Positions 36,265 to 44,932 of a stretch of 48,188 bases of DNA are shown here, piece after piece. How positions within the stretch are numbered: the stretch's first letter is position 1; each line of letters opens with the position of its first letter. The stretch comes from an uncultured Bacillales bacterium. GTDB lineage: Bacteria; Bacillota_I; Bacilli_A; RFN20; CAG-826. The notes under the pieces were generated by a model, which had not been told where the DNA came from, made no database searches, and saw only the letters and a program-made list of their open reading frames with translations. The translations under genes were made by a program, and so were the position numbers. The stretch is taken from positions 1 through 48,188 of the forward strand of contig CAMKQK010000003.1 of assembly GCA_946414915.1 (NCBI GenBank), written 5' to 3'.

Positions 36265-38895
36265 CTATTCATCCAAATCATCAAAAATGGAGATTTGTTC
36301 AAAGCCTTCCTTCTCTTCTTTGACTTCTGGAACACTAACTTCTTCTTCGGCATCATCTTCAGAATCGGCTTCAGTAATAACAACTTCTTTTTCCTTCACT
36401 GTGATTGGATGAGAGATAGTCTTCTTATTGATGATTTCAATGTTAGTGTCTATGACACTATCGACTGTTGTCTTAGAAGGAATATCAATATTCTTCTTCG
36501 CGTATTTAGCAAGATCGGTTAAATAGAAATCAGTTAATTCGAATTCAAAATATTCGTTTGTGGACATGAAGAGATTTATTTTTAATAAATCTGCCTTATT
36601 AACTAGCTTAAAGGCGCTGACAACATGATGGACATCACTCTTAAAGCATGGCATCACTGTTTGGACTTTACCCAATCTAGCGGTCAAATTCACGTGTGCA
36701 TTATCGAAAATACGATAATGGCCTTTATCAGTGAATAAGATAACTTTATTCTTTTCTTCTTCGTCAAAGGCGATTAACGCTACTGCGTTATTCTTACCTA
36801 AGCCAGCCACGGATTTAACACCACCAGCTTTACTAGAAAGAACGGATAATTCGTTTTCGTTGAAGTATGTGACATTACCATTACTTGTTACAACAAGTAA
36901 GTTGCTGTTACCGCTTAAGATTTGGATATCGGCTACTTCATCACCATTGAGTAAGCGCATATTGCGTATTGGGCGCGAGCGCTTTCCTTTTTCAATCATA
37001 TTTAAAGGCATACGTTTAATTTGGCCAAACTTGGTTAATACGCCTAAATAGATGTCATCTCTGAAGTCACTAACGGCAATACCTTTAATAATCTTCTCGC
37101 CTTGATTCAAGGTTGAGAAGGTATTAATATGACCGCCTTCATCTTTCCATCTGTTTTCTGGTAATTTGTGAACAGGGATGCAAATGTAGTTACCTTGATT
37201 TGTAAAACAAATCAAATAATCGGTTGTATTGATTAAACCTTGAGCGATTAATTCATCGCCATCCTTCAAACCTGGAAGAGGATTTTCACCGCTGCTACGA
37301 TATGACTTAAGTGTGGATCTTTTCACATAACCATCACGTGTTAAAGCCACCATTACGTCGTCTTTAGCGATTAATTCACGCTTATCGATTGGTCCAATTT
37401 CTTCTTTTTCTTGGATAGCGGTTCTTCTATCATCCCCGTATTTATCAGCAATCGCTTTTAGTTCACGAACTAAAACACGGTTGAGTTTGTTCTCATCTTC
37501 AAGAATGCCTTTAAGAGTTTCGATATCTTTAAGGAGTTGGATTTTTTCATTTTCTAAAGTAACTTCATCGGTATGAGATAACTTATATAAAGGCATGGTC
37601 ACGATTGCTTCTGCTTGTTCGTTTGAGAAACCATAACGATTCATTAAGTTAACTTTTGAATCCGCTTTATCTTTACTCTTTTTGATGATTTCCACGACTT
37701 CATTGATATTTAAAGAAGCTTGGATTAAGCCTTCAACAATGTGTAATCTAGCTTGATATTTTTCTAGGTCGAATCTAGATTTTCTTGTTACAACATCAAC
37801 TTGGTGAGCGATATATGCATCAACATATGTGAGAAGATTTAAGGTCTTTGGTCTACCATCAACAATAGCCACCATATTTGTGCTATATGATGAGACTAAA
37901 CCGGTCTTACCATTTAAGTATTGTAAGAGTAAATCGACTTTCGCATCTTTCTTACAATCGATGACGATTCTAATACCTTTCCAGTCAGATTCATCACGGA
38001 CTTCTAAAAGACCATCAACCGCTTTGGAGTGGATAATTTTATCAATTTCAAAGACCAATTGATTCTTTTGTGTTTTGTATGGGATTTCAGTAATGACAAT
38101 CTGTTGATTGTCTTTGTTTTGTACAATCTCTTCTTTGCTGGCGATTTCAATACGACCTCTACCAGTTAAATAGATGTTCTTTAATCCTTCACTTTCGTAG
38201 ATGATACCACCACCTGGGAAGTCTGGACCTAAGACAAATTGCATTAAGTCTTCAACAGTGGCTGTTTTATGACCAATACGATAAATTACTGCATCAATAA
38301 TCTCTTTGAGATTATGAGGCGGGATTTCAGTAGCCATACCAACCGCAATACCTTCTGTACCATTAGCAAATAAGTTAGGGAATCTAGCAGGTAAAATTGT
38401 TGGTTCAAATTCGGTATCGTCGAAGTTAAGTTGCATATCAACTGTCTTCTTATCGATTTCACGAATAAGCTCATTAGAAATCTCGCTTAAACGAGATTCA
38501 GTATAACGGTAAGCCGCTGGGGAATCGCCATCAATAGAACCGTTGTTACCTTGGAAGTCGATTAATGGATATCTAATCTTCCAATCTTGGCTCATTCTCG
38601 CTAAAGCTTCATAAATTGATGTATCACCATGTGGGTGGAATGTACCCATGACCGCACCAACGGTATGAGCGCACTTTCTAGTAGGTTTATTAAAAACATT
38701 ATTGTTTTTAAACATTGTGAAAATGATACGTCTTTGAACCGGCTTTAAACCATCTCTAACATCTGGAATAGCACGATCTTGAATAACGTATTTAGCGTAA
38801 GTCGCGTAACGGTCGCCCATCACATCTTCCATCGGTTGAACGGAGATATTTTCAACGTAATTTTCTTCGACTAAATCAATCTTTTTTCTAGCCAT
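36265..38895 (-). CDS. parC: Topoisomerase IV subunit A (type IIA topoisomerase A subunit)
   Basis: Catalytic Tyr context AAYRYTESRL. No GyrA-box seen in the C-terminal domain. plsY/yneF neighbourhood as for B. subtilis parEC. Acidic 35-aa C-terminal tail. Confidence 0.8.
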   Translation of the reverse strand: MARKKIDLVEENYVENISVQPMEDVMGDRYATYAKYVIQDRAIPDVRDGLKPVQRRIIFTMFKNNNVFNKPTRKCAHTVGAVMGTFHPHGDTSIYEALARMSQDWKIRYPLIDFQGNNGSIDGDSPAAYRYTESRLSEISNELIREIDKKTVDMQLNFDDTEFEPTILPARFPNLFANGTEGIAVGMATEIPPHNLKEIIDAVIYRIGHKTATVEDLMQFVLGPDFPGGGIIYESEGLKNIYLTGRGRIEIASKEEIVQNKDNQQIVITEIPYKTQKNQLVFEIDKIIHSKAVDGLLEVRDESDWKGIRIVIDCKKDAKVDLLLQYLNGKTGLVSSYSTNMVAIVDGRPKTLNLLTYVDAYIAHQVDVVTRKSRFDLEKYQARLHIVEGLIQASLNINEVVEIIKKSKDKADSKVNLMNRYGFSNEQAEAIVTMPLYKLSHTDEVTLENEKIQLLKDIETLKGILEDENKLNRVLVRELKAIADKYGDDRRTAIQEKEEIGPIDKRELIAKDDVMVALTRDGYVKRSTLKSYRSSGENPLPGLKDGDELIAQGLINTTDYLICFTNQGNYICIPVHKLPENRWKDEGGHINTFSTLNQGEKIIKGIAVSDFRDDIYLGVLTKFGQIKRMPLNMIEKGKRSRPIRNMRLLNGDEVADIQILSGNSNLLVVTSNGNVTYFNENELSVLSSKAGGVKSVAGLGKNNAVALIAFDEEEKNKVILFTDKGHYRIFDNAHVNLTARLGKVQTVMPCFKSDVHHVVSAFKLVNKADLLKINLFMSTNEYFEFELTDFYLTDLAKYAKKNIDIPSKTTVDSVIDTNIEIINKKTISHPITVKEKEVVITEADSEDDAEEEVSVPEVKEEKEGFEQISIFDDLDE

Positions 38896-38898
38896 AGA

Positions 38899-40842
38899 TT
38901 ACTTGACCTCCTTGATGAAAGTATCGACTTTATTGAAGTCAACGTTCTCTTCGACCCACGCTCTTCTAATGCCAGCGTCACGGCCCATCAAAACGGTAAC
39001 TCTCTTTTCTGCTAAGAATGGATCATCAATCTCAACACGGACTAATAATCTGGTCTTTGGATCCATTGTTGTTTCTTTAAGTTGGATAGCGTCCATTTCA
39101 CCAAGACCTTTATATCTGGAGACTTTATAACCACTACCAACTTTCTTTTTGGCTTGTTCCAAGCCATCATCATCCCAAGCATACTCTTGGGTGACTTTTT
39201 TGCCATCTTCTTTATAGACACGATAAAGAGGTGGAACAGCAATATAAACATGACCAGATGTGATAAGTTGGCGCATATAATGATAGAAGAACGTTAATAA
39301 TAACGTTTGGATATGCGCACCATCGGTATCAGCATCGGTCATGATGATGATTTTGCCGTATTTAATATCATCTAAATCGAAGTTTTGTCCAAAACCCGCA
39401 CCAATAGTATTAATGATGGTTGCAATTTCTTCGTTATGGACTAATTTTTCCATAGAAATGGAGTCTGTATTAAGTGGTTTACCACGAAGTGGTAAGATTG
39501 CTTGATGTAATCTATCTCTACCCTTCTTAGCAGTACCACCAGCGGAATCACCTTCAACGATGAATAATTCGTTTTTAGCGTATTCTTTGCTCTGTGCTGG
39601 GGTTAATTTATCACTTAAAATGACTTCTTGTTTTGGCTTTTTGTTGCTTCTCGCTTCTTCTTTAGCTTTTCTAGCAGCTAATCTAGCGTTTTGAGAAGCA
39701 ACACACTTATTGATAAAGTTGAGAGTGAATTCTTTGTTTTCTAAAAGATAATAAGTAAACTTATTATAAATGAAGTTAGAGACCACAGAAACCGCTTGAG
39801 GAGTACCTAATTTGCCTTTGGTTTGGCCTTCAAATTCAAGTAAAGCTTCTGGGATTTTTAATGAAACAACAGCGGTTAAGCCTTCTCTAATATCACTACC
39901 TTCGAGCTTTTTACCTTTAGTTAATTTGAATTGTTCAGCGAAATCATTCACGGCTTTAGCGATACCTGTTCTAAAACCGGTTTCATGAGTACCACCATCT
40001 CTTGTTCTTACGTTATTAACGTAAGAGTAGATAGTTTCGTTATAGTCTTCGTTGCAGTATTGTAAAGCAATTTCAATGTCGATTTGTGTTTCTTCATCTG
40101 TATCAGAGAAGCTGATCACTGGGGACATTGGTTGCTTATTGATATTGACGTTATTGATATATTCCACTAAGCCGTTTTCATACAAAAAGTTTTGAGTTTG
40201 TCCGGTTTTTTCGTCAGTTAGAACAAATTCCACGCCTTTCATTAAGAAGGCACTTTCTTGTAAGTGGCTAGCGATTGTATCCCATTTGAATTCAACAGTT
40301 GAGAAGATAGTAGCATCTGGTTTGAATCTCACTAAAGTACCATGTTTCTTGCATGTACCAACAACTTCAAGAGGAACGACAAGATTACCACCATTTTCGA
40401 ATTTAAGGTGATAAATACTTCCGTCTTGATAGACATTAATGTCTACCCATTCACTTAAAGCGTTAGTAACTGAGGCACCAACACCATGTAAACCTGCTGC
40501 GGATTTATAAACAGCGTTATTGAATTTACCACCAGCATGGAGTTCAGTAAAAACAACTTCGACCGCTGGTCGACCAGTTTCTTTATTGATACCCACAGGA
40601 ATACCACGACCTTCGTCTAGGACACTAATGGATCCGTCTTTATGCATGGTGACGCAAATCTTCTTACCATAACCAGATAAGGCTTCGTCAACTGCATTAT
40701 CGACAACTTCCCACACTAAGTGATGGAGACCAGCACTATTGGTTGAGCCAATGTACATAGCAGGTCTTTTTCGGACACCCTCAAGACCCTTCATCACATG
40801 AATATCATCAGCTGTATATGTTGTTTTTTTGATATCAGACAC
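38899..40842 (-). CDS. parE: Topoisomerase IV subunit B
   Basis: GHKL ATPase EVVDNAVDEA, GLHGVGASV, Toprim LFIVEGDSAGG. Start taken as the GTG at 40842 (AAGGGA SD 7 nt upstream). The ORF track starts at the TTG at 40860. Confidence 0.82.
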   Translation of the reverse strand: MSDIKKTTYTADDIHVMKGLEGVRKRPAMYIGSTNSAGLHHLVWEVVDNAVDEALSGYGKKICVTMHKDGSISVLDEGRGIPVGINKETGRPAVEVVFTELHAGGKFNNAVYKSAAGLHGVGASVTNALSEWVDINVYQDGSIYHLKFENGGNLVVPLEVVGTCKKHGTLVRFKPDATIFSTVEFKWDTIASHLQESAFLMKGVEFVLTDEKTGQTQNFLYENGLVEYINNVNINKQPMSPVISFSDTDEETQIDIEIALQYCNEDYNETIYSYVNNVRTRDGGTHETGFRTGIAKAVNDFAEQFKLTKGKKLEGSDIREGLTAVVSLKIPEALLEFEGQTKGKLGTPQAVSVVSNFIYNKFTYYLLENKEFTLNFINKCVASQNARLAARKAKEEARSNKKPKQEVILSDKLTPAQSKEYAKNELFIVEGDSAGGTAKKGRDRLHQAILPLRGKPLNTDSISMEKLVHNEEIATIINTIGAGFGQNFDLDDIKYGKIIIMTDADTDGAHIQTLLLTFFYHYMRQLITSGHVYIAVPPLYRVYKEDGKKVTQEYAWDDDGLEQAKKKVGSGYKVSRYKGLGEMDAIQLKETTMDPKTRLLVRVEIDDPFLAEKRVTVLMGRDAGIRRAWVEENVDFNKVDTFIKEVK

Positions 40843-40883
40843 TATATTTTCCCTTTGCAAGACTTAATTATATACAAATTAAG

Positions 40884-40911
40884 TTGCAAATATAAAGCAT
40901 TTTAGTAGAAT
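40884..40911 (+). promoter_or_regulatory. Promoter of plsY
   Basis: TTGCAA, 16-nt spacer, TAGAAT. Followed by a GGAGG SD. Confidence 0.55.
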
Positions 40912-40938
40912 AAATAAGTACGATTTGGAGGTACAAAA

Positions 40939-41718
40939 ATGAATATATTTGTAAATATATTGGTGCCAGTGATTTGTTTGCTAATTGGTTACCTTATGGG
41001 TAGTGCAAACATCTCAATTCCATTAGGAAAAATGGTCTTTAAGCAAGATCCACGTGAATTCGGTTCACATAATCCAGGTGCCACAAACTGTGGTCGCTTA
41101 TGGGGCAAAAAATACTTCCTTATCGTTTTCTTCTTTGACGTATTTAAAACAATTTCACCACTTTACATCTGTTGGGCGATTTTATCATTCGTTCCATTTA
41201 ATAATGGTTTACCATTATTACCAAGTGCCTCTCAAATGTATGCTGGTAACGTTGATGGTTATATGATTCAATGGCCAGTCTATTGGGTCGCTGTTGTTGG
41301 CGCAATGCTTGGCGGTATCTACCCATGCTTCATTGGCTTCAAAGGTGGTAAAGCTGCCTCATGTATGGTGGGAATTACCTTGACTACATCTTGGTTATTT
41401 GGCGTTATTGGCGCGTTATCATATTATTTCACATTAAAGAAATCAGGCTATGTTTCCTTAGCGTCCATCATCACTTCTATTATCAACGCTGTGGTGACTT
41501 GGATCTGGGCAATTATCCTATTACTCAAAGTCATTCCAGTGAATACTTATTGGTTATTCTTTGTTAACTGGGCGCCACTTCTTTACTGCAATTTTGTCTA
41601 TGCGATTTTGATGACAATTATCAGCATTGTTTTGATCATCAGACACCGCACAAACATCGGTAGAATCAAAGCCGGTAACGAAAGACAAATCACTTGGATG
41701 AAAGTAAAAAGCAAGTAG
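40939..41718 (+). CDS. plsY: Glycerol-3-phosphate acyltransferase PlsY (long form)
   Basis: GSHNPGATN and FKGGKAAS motifs. Multi-pass membrane protein, ~50 aa longer than the typical ~200-aa PlsY. Confidence 0.85.
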   Translation: MNIFVNILVPVICLLIGYLMGSANISIPLGKMVFKQDPREFGSHNPGATNCGRLWGKKYFLIVFFFDVFKTISPLYICWAILSFVPFNNGLPLLPSASQMYAGNVDGYMIQWPVYWVAVVGAMLGGIYPCFIGFKGGKAASCMVGITLTTSWLFGVIGALSYYFTLKKSGYVSLASIITSIINAVVTWIWAIILLLKVIPVNTYWLFFVNWAPLLYCNFVYAILMTIISIVLIIRHRTNIGRIKAGNERQITWMKVKSK

Positions 41719-41754
41719 TTATTTAGTAGAGTTAATAACTTTGTTATTATAGAC

Positions 41755-41786
41755 AAAAGCACTCATGACAGAGTGCTTTTTGTTTT
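41755..41786 (+). terminator. Rho-independent terminator after plsY
   Basis: A-tract, stem AGCACTC/GAGTGCT, loop ATGACA, then TTTTTGTTTT. Confidence 0.85.
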
Positions 41787-41809
41787 CTTTAGTTTTAAGG
41801 GTCTATAAA

Positions 41810-42063
41810 CCACCATTAACGATGCCGACAAAGGAATACTCATAACTTGCATTTTCGATGTCCAATATGAGCGGTTTTAGGCGACCAAATTAACCAATAA
41901 TAACAAGAATGGATAGCTTATTAAATGAGTGTTGATAATCCACCATTATCTCTTGCTTTGTTTCTTTGTGTAGCGCATTAAACAAATAGATATAAGGAAT
42001 AATATAAAGCGGTTCTTTAAGACTTCTTCCGTGACTTTGAATAACAAGCCACCATTATCTCTT
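41810..42063. repeat. Three dispersed direct copies of a CCACCATTA-core motif in an ORF-free gap
   Basis: CCACCATTA at 41810. CCACCATTATCTCTT at 41940 and 42049 (15/15 identical), with similar flanks. A second shared block AATAT(G/AA)AGCGGTT lies at 41864 and 42001. Confidence 0.6.
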
Positions 42064-42090
42064 TTGTGTCTCTAGACGCCCAAAAAGGCA

Positions 42091-42116
42091 TAATAAAAAC
42101 ACTCTTACGAGTGTTA
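42091..42116 (-). terminator. Rho-independent terminator after yneF
   Basis: Minus strand AACACUC-GUAA-GAGUGUU followed by UUUAUUAU, starting 1 nt after the stop codon. Confidence 0.8.
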
Positions 42117-42329
42117 TTATTTTTGGTTCATGTTTCTCATGATTTCACGAATTTGTTTTTCGCTTGGGGTTCTGCCCATGCTTCTAAACATCGCGCGAAT
42201 CATTTTTTCATTGACCGGTGGGTTGTCTCTGAGTTGCTTTTGGAAAATGTAGCGGGTCACAAAGAAACCGATAATTGCACCAACAATAACCATGCCGATG
42301 CATAATAAGACGATTTGCCAAGGTTGCAT
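42117..42329 (-). CDS. yneF: UPF0154 family small membrane protein (YneF-like)
   Basis: 70 aa. N-terminal TM helix, then QLRDNPPVNEKMIRAMFRSMGRTPSEKQI, characteristic of YneF. Confidence 0.85.
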   Translation of the reverse strand: MQPWQIVLLCIGMVIVGAIIGFFVTRYIFQKQLRDNPPVNEKMIRAMFRSMGRTPSEKQIREIMRNMNQK

Positions 42330-42347
42330 TGTCTGCTCCCCCTATTA

Positions 42348-42905
42348 CTAGGCTCTACCGTCGTATTCGCCAGTATCTGTACGAACAAGAACTTCTTCGC
42401 CTTCTTCAATGAATAATGGGACTCTGACCACTAAGCCTGTTTCTAATGTAGCTGGCTTTGTTGGTTTGTTGACTGTATCACCTCTGACGCCTGGATCACA
42501 TTGTGTAATCTTTAATGTGACTTTAGCAGGTAAGTTGACACCGAGGATTTCACCATCATAAGAAGTAATTTCCACGACTTCGTCGCCTTTTAAGAATTGT
42601 TTTTCCCATTGGAGACGTTCAGCTGGGATTTCGACTTGTTCATAAGTTTCTTGATCCATGAAGACAAAGAAATCGCCGCTGTCATAGAGATATTGCATTT
42701 GTCTTTTGTCTAAACGAACGTTTTCAACCATGTAACCAGAGTTACGGGCTAATTCGTTAATTGTACCTGTACGGACGTTTTTAACTTTGACTTTAGCAAC
42801 CATCTTTCTCATCGCAGTTTTATTTAATAAAATATCTAAAACTTGGTATAAATTGTTTTCATCAATGAAATAGTTGCCTGGTCTTAATTCTGTAACATTA
42901 ACCAT
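42348..42905 (-). CDS. efp: Translation elongation factor P
   Basis: Ungapped alignment to B. subtilis EF-P from residue 1 (recalled sequence). Start moved to the ATG at 42905 (MVNVTELRPGNYF; AAAGGAAAG SD). Confidence 0.92.
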   Translation of the reverse strand: MVNVTELRPGNYFIDENNLYQVLDILLNKTAMRKMVAKVKVKNVRTGTINELARNSGYMVENVRLDKRQMQYLYDSGDFFVFMDQETYEQVEIPAERLQWEKQFLKGDEVVEITSYDGEILGVNLPAKVTLKITQCDPGVRGDTVNKPTKPATLETGLVVRVPLFIEEGEEVLVRTDTGEYDGRA

Positions 42906-42958
42906 ATAATTTAACTTTCCTTTCAATAAAATTCCTTGAATATTATATCAAATATTCA

Positions 42959-43591
42959 TTATTTGACAAATGGATTTACTCTTCTCTCTATGCTTAGAGT
43001 AGAAGATGGGCCATGTCCCCCATAGATTTTGGTCTCATTTGGTAAGGCTAATATCTTCGCCATTGAGCGGTTGAACTCCTTTGGCATTGCACTTGGTAAA
43101 TCGCTTCTACCAACCCCATGCATAATGATGAAATCACCAGCAAAAAGTAGGCCACTATCTTTTAAGTAATAACACACTGAACCTGAGGTATGATAAGGGA
43201 CGGCAATTACTTTAATATCTTCACTTAAAAAGTGAAGAACTTCGTTATCCGCTAAGGTATTTGCCTTGCTTTTGACGATGCCATTTTCCCCTAAAAAATC
43301 ACCACAATTAGCGTATGTATCTGTAAGTTTATCTTCATCATCAAAGCCGATGTACAAAGGCGCATTAAAAGTGTCGACTAATAAATCTGCGCCACGCATA
43401 TGATCGATATGACCGTGCGTTAAAAGAACGGCTTTAAGGTTAAGATTATTTTTCTTTATATAATTAACGATTCCGGGATATTCTTTGGAAGGGTCGATGA
43501 CTACACAGTTGCTCTCTTGGTCATATAAAAGATAGGTGTTTGAGAATAAACCATCATCTTCTTCGTATATGAATGGAACAACCTTAATCAT
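42959..43591 (-). CDS. Metallo-beta-lactamase-fold hydrolase (glyoxalase II-like)
   Basis: THGHIDH zinc motif plus downstream His/Asp ligands. Start at the ATG at 43591 or the GTG at 43597. No SD. Confidence 0.8.
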   Translation of the reverse strand: MIKVVPFIYEEDDGLFSNTYLLYDQESNCVVIDPSKEYPGIVNYIKKNNLNLKAVLLTHGHIDHMRGADLLVDTFNAPLYIGFDDEDKLTDTYANCGDFLGENGIVKSKANTLADNEVLHFLSEDIKVIAVPYHTSGSVCYYLKDSGLLFAGDFIIMHGVGRSDLPSAMPKEFNRSMAKILALPNETKIYGGHGPSSTLSIERRVNPFVK

Positions 43592-43596
43592 AGGCA

Positions 43597-43619
43597 CAAA
43601 AAAATAGGCATAGCCTATT
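43597..43619 (-). terminator. Rho-independent terminator after rpmG
   Basis: Minus strand AUAGGC-UAU-GCCUAU followed by UUUUUUU. The stem overlaps the rpmG stop codon. Confidence 0.6.
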
Positions 43620-43785
43620 ATTTCTTTTTCTCACGATGGAGAGTAACTTTTTTGCAACGTGGGCAATACTTCTTTAATTCTAAACGATCAGCGTGTTTCT
43701 TTTTATTTTTAGAAGTGAGGTAATTTTCCTCGCCACATTCTGTGCATTTAAGTGTTAATGAGATTCTATCATCTTTGCTTGCCAT
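43618..43785 (-). CDS. rpmG: 50S ribosomal protein L33 (zinc-ribbon form)
   Basis: Start moved to the ATG at 43785 ([10 protein letters not shown]; GAAGGAG SD). CTEC...CPRC zinc ribbon. 55 aa. Confidence 0.93.
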   Translation of the reverse strand: MASKDDRISLTLKCTECGEENYLTSKNKKKHADRLELKKYCPRCKKVTLHREKKK

Positions 43786-43814
43786 TTGATTTTCTCCTTC
43801 AAAGTCGCTTAAAT

Positions 43815-43842
43815 ATCTTACCACAGGTAAAATATAATGCAA
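43815..43842 (-). promoter_or_regulatory. Promoter of rpmG
   Basis: Minus strand TTGCAT, 16-nt spacer, TAAGAT with TG extension (TGgTAAGAT). Confidence 0.55.
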
Positions 43843-43882
43843 ATATATTTTTTATGAATAAACTAGGTTATAATATCGGCAT

Positions 43883-44932
43883 ATGAAAAGAACAGAAACT
43901 AAACAAGTGAAAATTGGTCGTCTTTTAATAGGCGGACAGAATAAAGTTTTAATCCAATCCATGTGTAAGCATAAAACTTCACACATCGATGAAGTTGTTA
44001 AAGAAATCAATGAATGCGCAGCATTAGGCGCTGATTTAATGCGTTTATCGGTCTTAGATGTAGAAGACGCTCAAGCTTTTAAGGAAATCAAAAAACAAGT
44101 GAAGATCCCTCTTATCGCGGACATCCACTTCAATCCTGATTTTGCCATTATGGCGATTAAAAATGGCGTCAACAAAATTAGACTTAATCCAGGAAACATC
44201 AATGATGAAGCCAAAATCAAAGAAATCGTTGAACTAGCGAAAAAGAAGAATGTCGCTATTCGAGTGGGCGCTAATTCAGGCTCAGTAAACCCAGATGTCG
44301 ATAAATTTGATATTCCTTTATCTCATAAATTAGTGTTTTCTGTTAAAAAGCATGTCGAATTATTAAAAAAATATGATTTTCACAATATCGTTATCTCTTT
44401 AAAAGCTAGTAACGTTAAAGAAACAATCGATGCCTATCGTATTGCTAGTGAAATCTTCCCATATCCATTACACATTGGTTTAACAGAAGCCGGTCCTTTA
44501 GATATTTCCTTAATTAGAAGCACCGCTGCTTTATCACCTCTTCTTCTAGAAGGTATCGGTGACACAATTAGAATTTCTATTACCGGTAAAGCTCAAGATG
44601 AAGTCATCGCTGCGAAACGTTTACTCCATGACTGTGGTTTATACGATAATTATCCTACATTAGTGTCTTGTCCAACATGTGGCAGAACCCAAGTTAATGT
44701 TAAAGAGCTAGGCAAGAAAGTCTTCAAGTACCTAGAAGATAACAATATTAATCTTCATGTTGCGTGTATGGGCTGTGTAGTCAATGGGCCAGGTGAAGCT
44801 AAAGGCGCAGACATCGGTATTGCCGGTGGCAAAGGTCAATATGTCATCTTCAGAAAAGGCGAAGTCATAAAAAAAGTGCCAGAAGCCGAAGCCTATGACG
44901 CTTTAATTGAAGAAATTAATAAATTACGCTAG
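43883..44932 (+). CDS. ispG: 4-hydroxy-3-methylbut-2-enyl diphosphate synthase (MEP pathway)
   Basis: 349 aa. TIM-barrel N-domain. 4Fe-4S Cys ligands in SCPTCGRT and ACMGCVVNGPGE. Confidence 0.93.
   Translation: MKRTETKQVKIGRLLIGGQNKVLIQSMCKHKTSHIDEVVKEINECAALGADLMRLSVLDVEDAQAFKEIKKQVKIPLIADIHFNPDFAIMAIKNGVNKIRLNPGNINDEAKIKEIVELAKKKNVAIRVGANSGSVNPDVDKFDIPLSHKLVFSVKKHVELLKKYDFHNIVISLKASNVKETIDAYRIASEIFPYPLHIGLTEAGPLDISLIRSTAALSPLLLEGIGDTIRISITGKAQDEVIAAKRLLHDCGLYDNYPTLVSCPTCGRTQVNVKELGKKVFKYLEDNNINLHVACMGCVVNGPGEAKGADIGIAGGKGQYVIFRKGEVIKKVPEAEAYDALIEEINKLR

Noticed and set aside
36265-40860. Calling this pair gyrB-gyrA
   Set aside because: No GyrA-box was seen in the A-subunit C-terminal domain. 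The gene order (B then A) beside plsY/yneF matches the Bacillus parE-parC locus, and gyrBA normally sits beside dnaA-dnaN-recF. Called topoisomerase IV, but phylogeny is needed for certainty.
41810-42063. Mini-ORFs on either strand of the repeat gap (for example MSVDNPPLSLALFLCVAH; MVDYQHSFNKLSILVIIG)
   Set aside because: They are 12-18 codons and their sequences are not conserved between repeat copies beyond 2-5 residues. Only a weak purine tract serves as SD. Kept only as a note within the repeat finding.
41755-42116. The shared CACTC/GAGTG stem core of the plsY and yneF terminators as ends of a mobile element (MITE-like)
   Set aside because: Only 5 bp are shared. The two hairpins are in the same orientation rather than forming terminal inverted repeats, and no target-site duplication is visible. 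Probably coincidence.
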